From: Sedimentisphaerales bacterium
GTDB lineage: Bacteria; Planctomycetota; Phycisphaerae; Sedimentisphaerales; SM23-30
Length of the DNA: 64,000 nt
NCBI GenBank assembly: GCA_963663805.2
Contig: CAXXMR010000019.1
Coordinates: 160,001 to 224,000 of the forward strand
Direction: 5' to 3'
Below the pieces are notes generated by a model. The model was not told the DNA's origin. It saw only the letters and a program-made list of their open reading frames with translations, and did no database searches. The translations under genes and the position numbers were made by a program. Below are positions 61,904 through 64,000 of the stretch, one piece after another. The first letter of the stretch is position 1, and each line of letters opens with the position of its first letter.

Positions 61904-63079
61904 ATGAAAATCGGCTATTTCGACTGCTGCTCCGGTGCCGCCGGTGATATGATCGTCGCTGCCTGTCTCGACGCCGGCGCTCCTCGCGATGTCCTGCTCG
62001 AAGAATTAGCCAAACTAAATCTTCCTAAGATTAACCTCAGAATCGAGAAGGTCAAAAAGAACGCTCTCGCCGCGACAACTTTTGTACCCGAAGCACCTCA
62101 CGAACATCACCATCGCAACCTTGGCATCATCCGGGAGATAATCGAAGCCGCCAACTATTCACCTCGCGTCACCGTCCAGGCCGTCACCATTTTTACTGCA
62201 CTCGCTGAAGCCGAAGCCAAAGTCCACAATACCACTATCGAGCAAGTCCATTTTCACGAAGTAGGTGCCGTCGATTCCATCATTGACATCGTCGCCGCCT
62301 GCCTCGCCCTTGAACTTCTTCAGGTCGATAAGATTTACGCCTCGCCTCCCGTAGTCGGCAACGGCACCGTCAAATGTGCCCACGGCATCATGCCCGTCCC
62401 CGCACCCGCTGCCGCCGAGCTGCTTCGCGGCATTCCGATTACGCCCACCGAAACCCAGGGCGAACTGCTCACCCCCACCGCCGCGGCCATACTGACAACC
62501 CTCGCTGAAAACTTCGGCCCACTCCCCGAAATGACCATCGAAAACATCGGCTATGGCGCCGGCCAAAAAAACTTCCCCGAACTGCCCAATGTCCTGAGGC
62601 TTATCATTGGCACCGCCCGCGACCTCACCGACACCACCCCCACCGAAGTCGCTGTTCTCGAAGCTAATATCGACGACACCGCACCCGAAATTATCGGCTT
62701 CCTCACCGAACAACTTCGCCATGCCGGCGCGCTTGACGTTTTCTGCACCCCGATTTTTATGAAAAAAAATCGACCCGCTACCCTGCTCAGCCTCATCTGC
62801 CGCCCCGACGAAACCCCAAAATTTGAAAATATTATTTTCAGGCAAAGTACTACCTTCGGTATCCGTCATCATCGCTGCCGACGAAACATTCTCAACCGCC
62901 AAACCCATACCGTAACCACAACGTACGGCCCGGTACGCGTCAAGCAGGGGTTTTATCAGGGGCATCTAATCACAGTGTCGCCCGAATATGAAGACTGCCG
63001 CCACCTTGCCCTTCAGAACAATCTCCCACTCAAAGACTTAATCGCCGCCGCCCAAAAAGCCGCCGAGGAACTGACATGA
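61904..63079 (+). CDS. larC: Nickel pincer cofactor biosynthesis protein LarC
   Basis: YFDCCSGAAGDM, VHFHEVGAVDSI, LEANIDD, MKKNRP, PEYEDC. Confidence 0.93.
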   Translation: MKIGYFDCCSGAAGDMIVAACLDAGAPRDVLLEELAKLNLPKINLRIEKVKKNALAATTFVPEAPHEHHHRNLGIIREIIEAANYSPRVTVQAVTIFTALAEAEAKVHNTTIEQVHFHEVGAVDSIIDIVAACLALELLQVDKIYASPPVVGNGTVKCAHGIMPVPAPAAAELLRGIPITPTETQGELLTPTAAAILTTLAENFGPLPEMTIENIGYGAGQKNFPELPNVLRLIIGTARDLTDTTPTEVAVLEANIDDTAPEIIGFLTEQLRHAGALDVFCTPIFMKKNRPATLLSLICRPDETPKFENIIFRQSTTFGIRHHRCRRNILNRQTHTVTTTYGPVRVKQGFYQGHLITVSPEYEDCRHLALQNNLPLKDLIAAAQKAAEELT

Positions 63080-63702
63080 CCATCACACTGATAATTATCA
63101 CTCCGATACTCGCCCAGGCCGAAGATGCCGCCAATACCGGTATCCCGATTTGGAAGTTCGCAATACCCGCAGCAGTTGCCATGTTCGCGTTTTTCATGCT
63201 TATGTCAACCCGCAAACGCATCGCACGCGGCCAGAGAAAAATGGGTATGCCCGTCAGACAGCGTATTAAGGAACAAGTCGGCCACAACCAGATTTACTCG
63301 CAAATCGGTGAACTAATGGCCGAACTAGCCGACCTCTCCCGCCAAATCAACGGCCAGATCGACACTCGACTCGCCAAACTCGAAATCCTCCTCGACCAGG
63401 CCGACCAAACCATCGCTCTTCTTGAAAATGCCGCTTCGCAGACAAATCACCCTGCGGACTCAACCGCCGCCGAAGATGCCCAACAGCTAATCCAAAACCT
63501 CCGCCAACAAATCCAGAACCCCACGCCCGCGAAAAAAAAAGATAACCCCAAACCAAACCCCATCACCGAAAAACCCGAAAATAGAAAAATCATAGAACTC
63601 GCTCAATCGGGCCAAACACCCCTACAAATCGCCCAAAAACTAAATCGCCCCATAGGTGAAATCGAACTAATCCTCTCACTCGGTAAAACCAATAACCCCT
63701 GA
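63076..63702 (+). CDS. Hypothetical membrane protein with coiled coil and C-terminal HTH-like segment
   Basis: TM helix; IAQKLNRPIGEIELILSL C-terminus. Confidence 0.7.
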   Translation: MTITLIIITPILAQAEDAANTGIPIWKFAIPAAVAMFAFFMLMSTRKRIARGQRKMGMPVRQRIKEQVGHNQIYSQIGELMAELADLSRQINGQIDTRLAKLEILLDQADQTIALLENAASQTNHPADSTAAEDAQQLIQNLRQQIQNPTPAKKKDNPKPNPITEKPENRKIIELAQSGQTPLQIAQKLNRPIGEIELILSLGKTNNP

Positions 63703-63725
63703 TAAACCCATACGGGTTTTGTTTA

Positions 63726-64000
63726 TCACATCGCCACCGGTGCGCCCTTAACTTCAGTTTCCTTCTGCGCCGCCGAAGACTTAGTCGCCCGCCGCGGATC
63801 AATATACGTCGGCTCCGTCTTATCCATTATCCGATAGAGCAGCCCCACAACTTCCTTACTCGAATAATTCTCCAGCGCCTTCTTGCGATTCGCTCGAACC
63901 AGAGAACGCCGCGGATCCTGCCTGCGGTCATGCCGAAACAATCGCAACGTCGATTGCAACGCCGTTTTATTGGCATTCCAAAACTTGTTTACGAAATTCT
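63726..64000 (-). CDS. C-terminal part of a CDS entering from beyond the window, function unassigned
   Basis: Frame is open to the window edge (NFVNKFWNANKTALQSTLRLF...ANRKKALENYS...). Confidence 0.55.
   Translation of the reverse strand, partial: NFVNKFWNANKTALQSTLRLFRHDRRQDPRRSLVRANRKKALENYSSKEVVGLLYRIMDKTEPTYIDPRRATKSSAAQKETEVKGAPVAM

Noticed and set aside
1..64000. tRNA, rRNA, prophage, DGR or retron
   Set aside because: No cloverleaf or rRNA-like sequence, phage genes, reverse transcriptase or TR/VR pair recognised by eye; tRNAscan-SE and Infernal would be needed to exclude small RNAs.

Overview
Chromosomal window from a bacterium whose gene set and protein style suggest Planctomycetota (Phycisphaerae-like; inference). 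It is mostly housekeeping and envelope genes: galE, a transaldolase, dnaA, yidC, mnmE, kdsA, tgt-yajC-secDF, nfeD-floA, pabB plus a class IV aminotransferase, dtd, hisA, sppA, trxB and larC. It also holds one intact IS4-family element (26-bp TIRs, 9-bp TSD) and a small low-GC cluster of unknown genes. Five single-base (+1) frameshifts split otherwise intact genes and are most likely sequencing errors. The most unusual signal is non-coding. At least seven intergenic loci are built from a shared set of short modules shuffled into different orders and joined at a GCCGTT/GTCGTT hexamer. The orientation of these loci matches the polarity of strong kb-scale G/C strand skew in neighbouring genes, whichever strand the genes are on. 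Other notable items are a YAAS-N17-STTA palindromic site (5-6 copies), a candidate oriC after mnmE, a TPR protein with two RNA polymerase alpha-CTDs, and an orphan RnfC/RnfD-like pair lacking the flavin motifs. No rRNA, tRNA or CRISPR array was recognised. All counts and alignments were done by hand.
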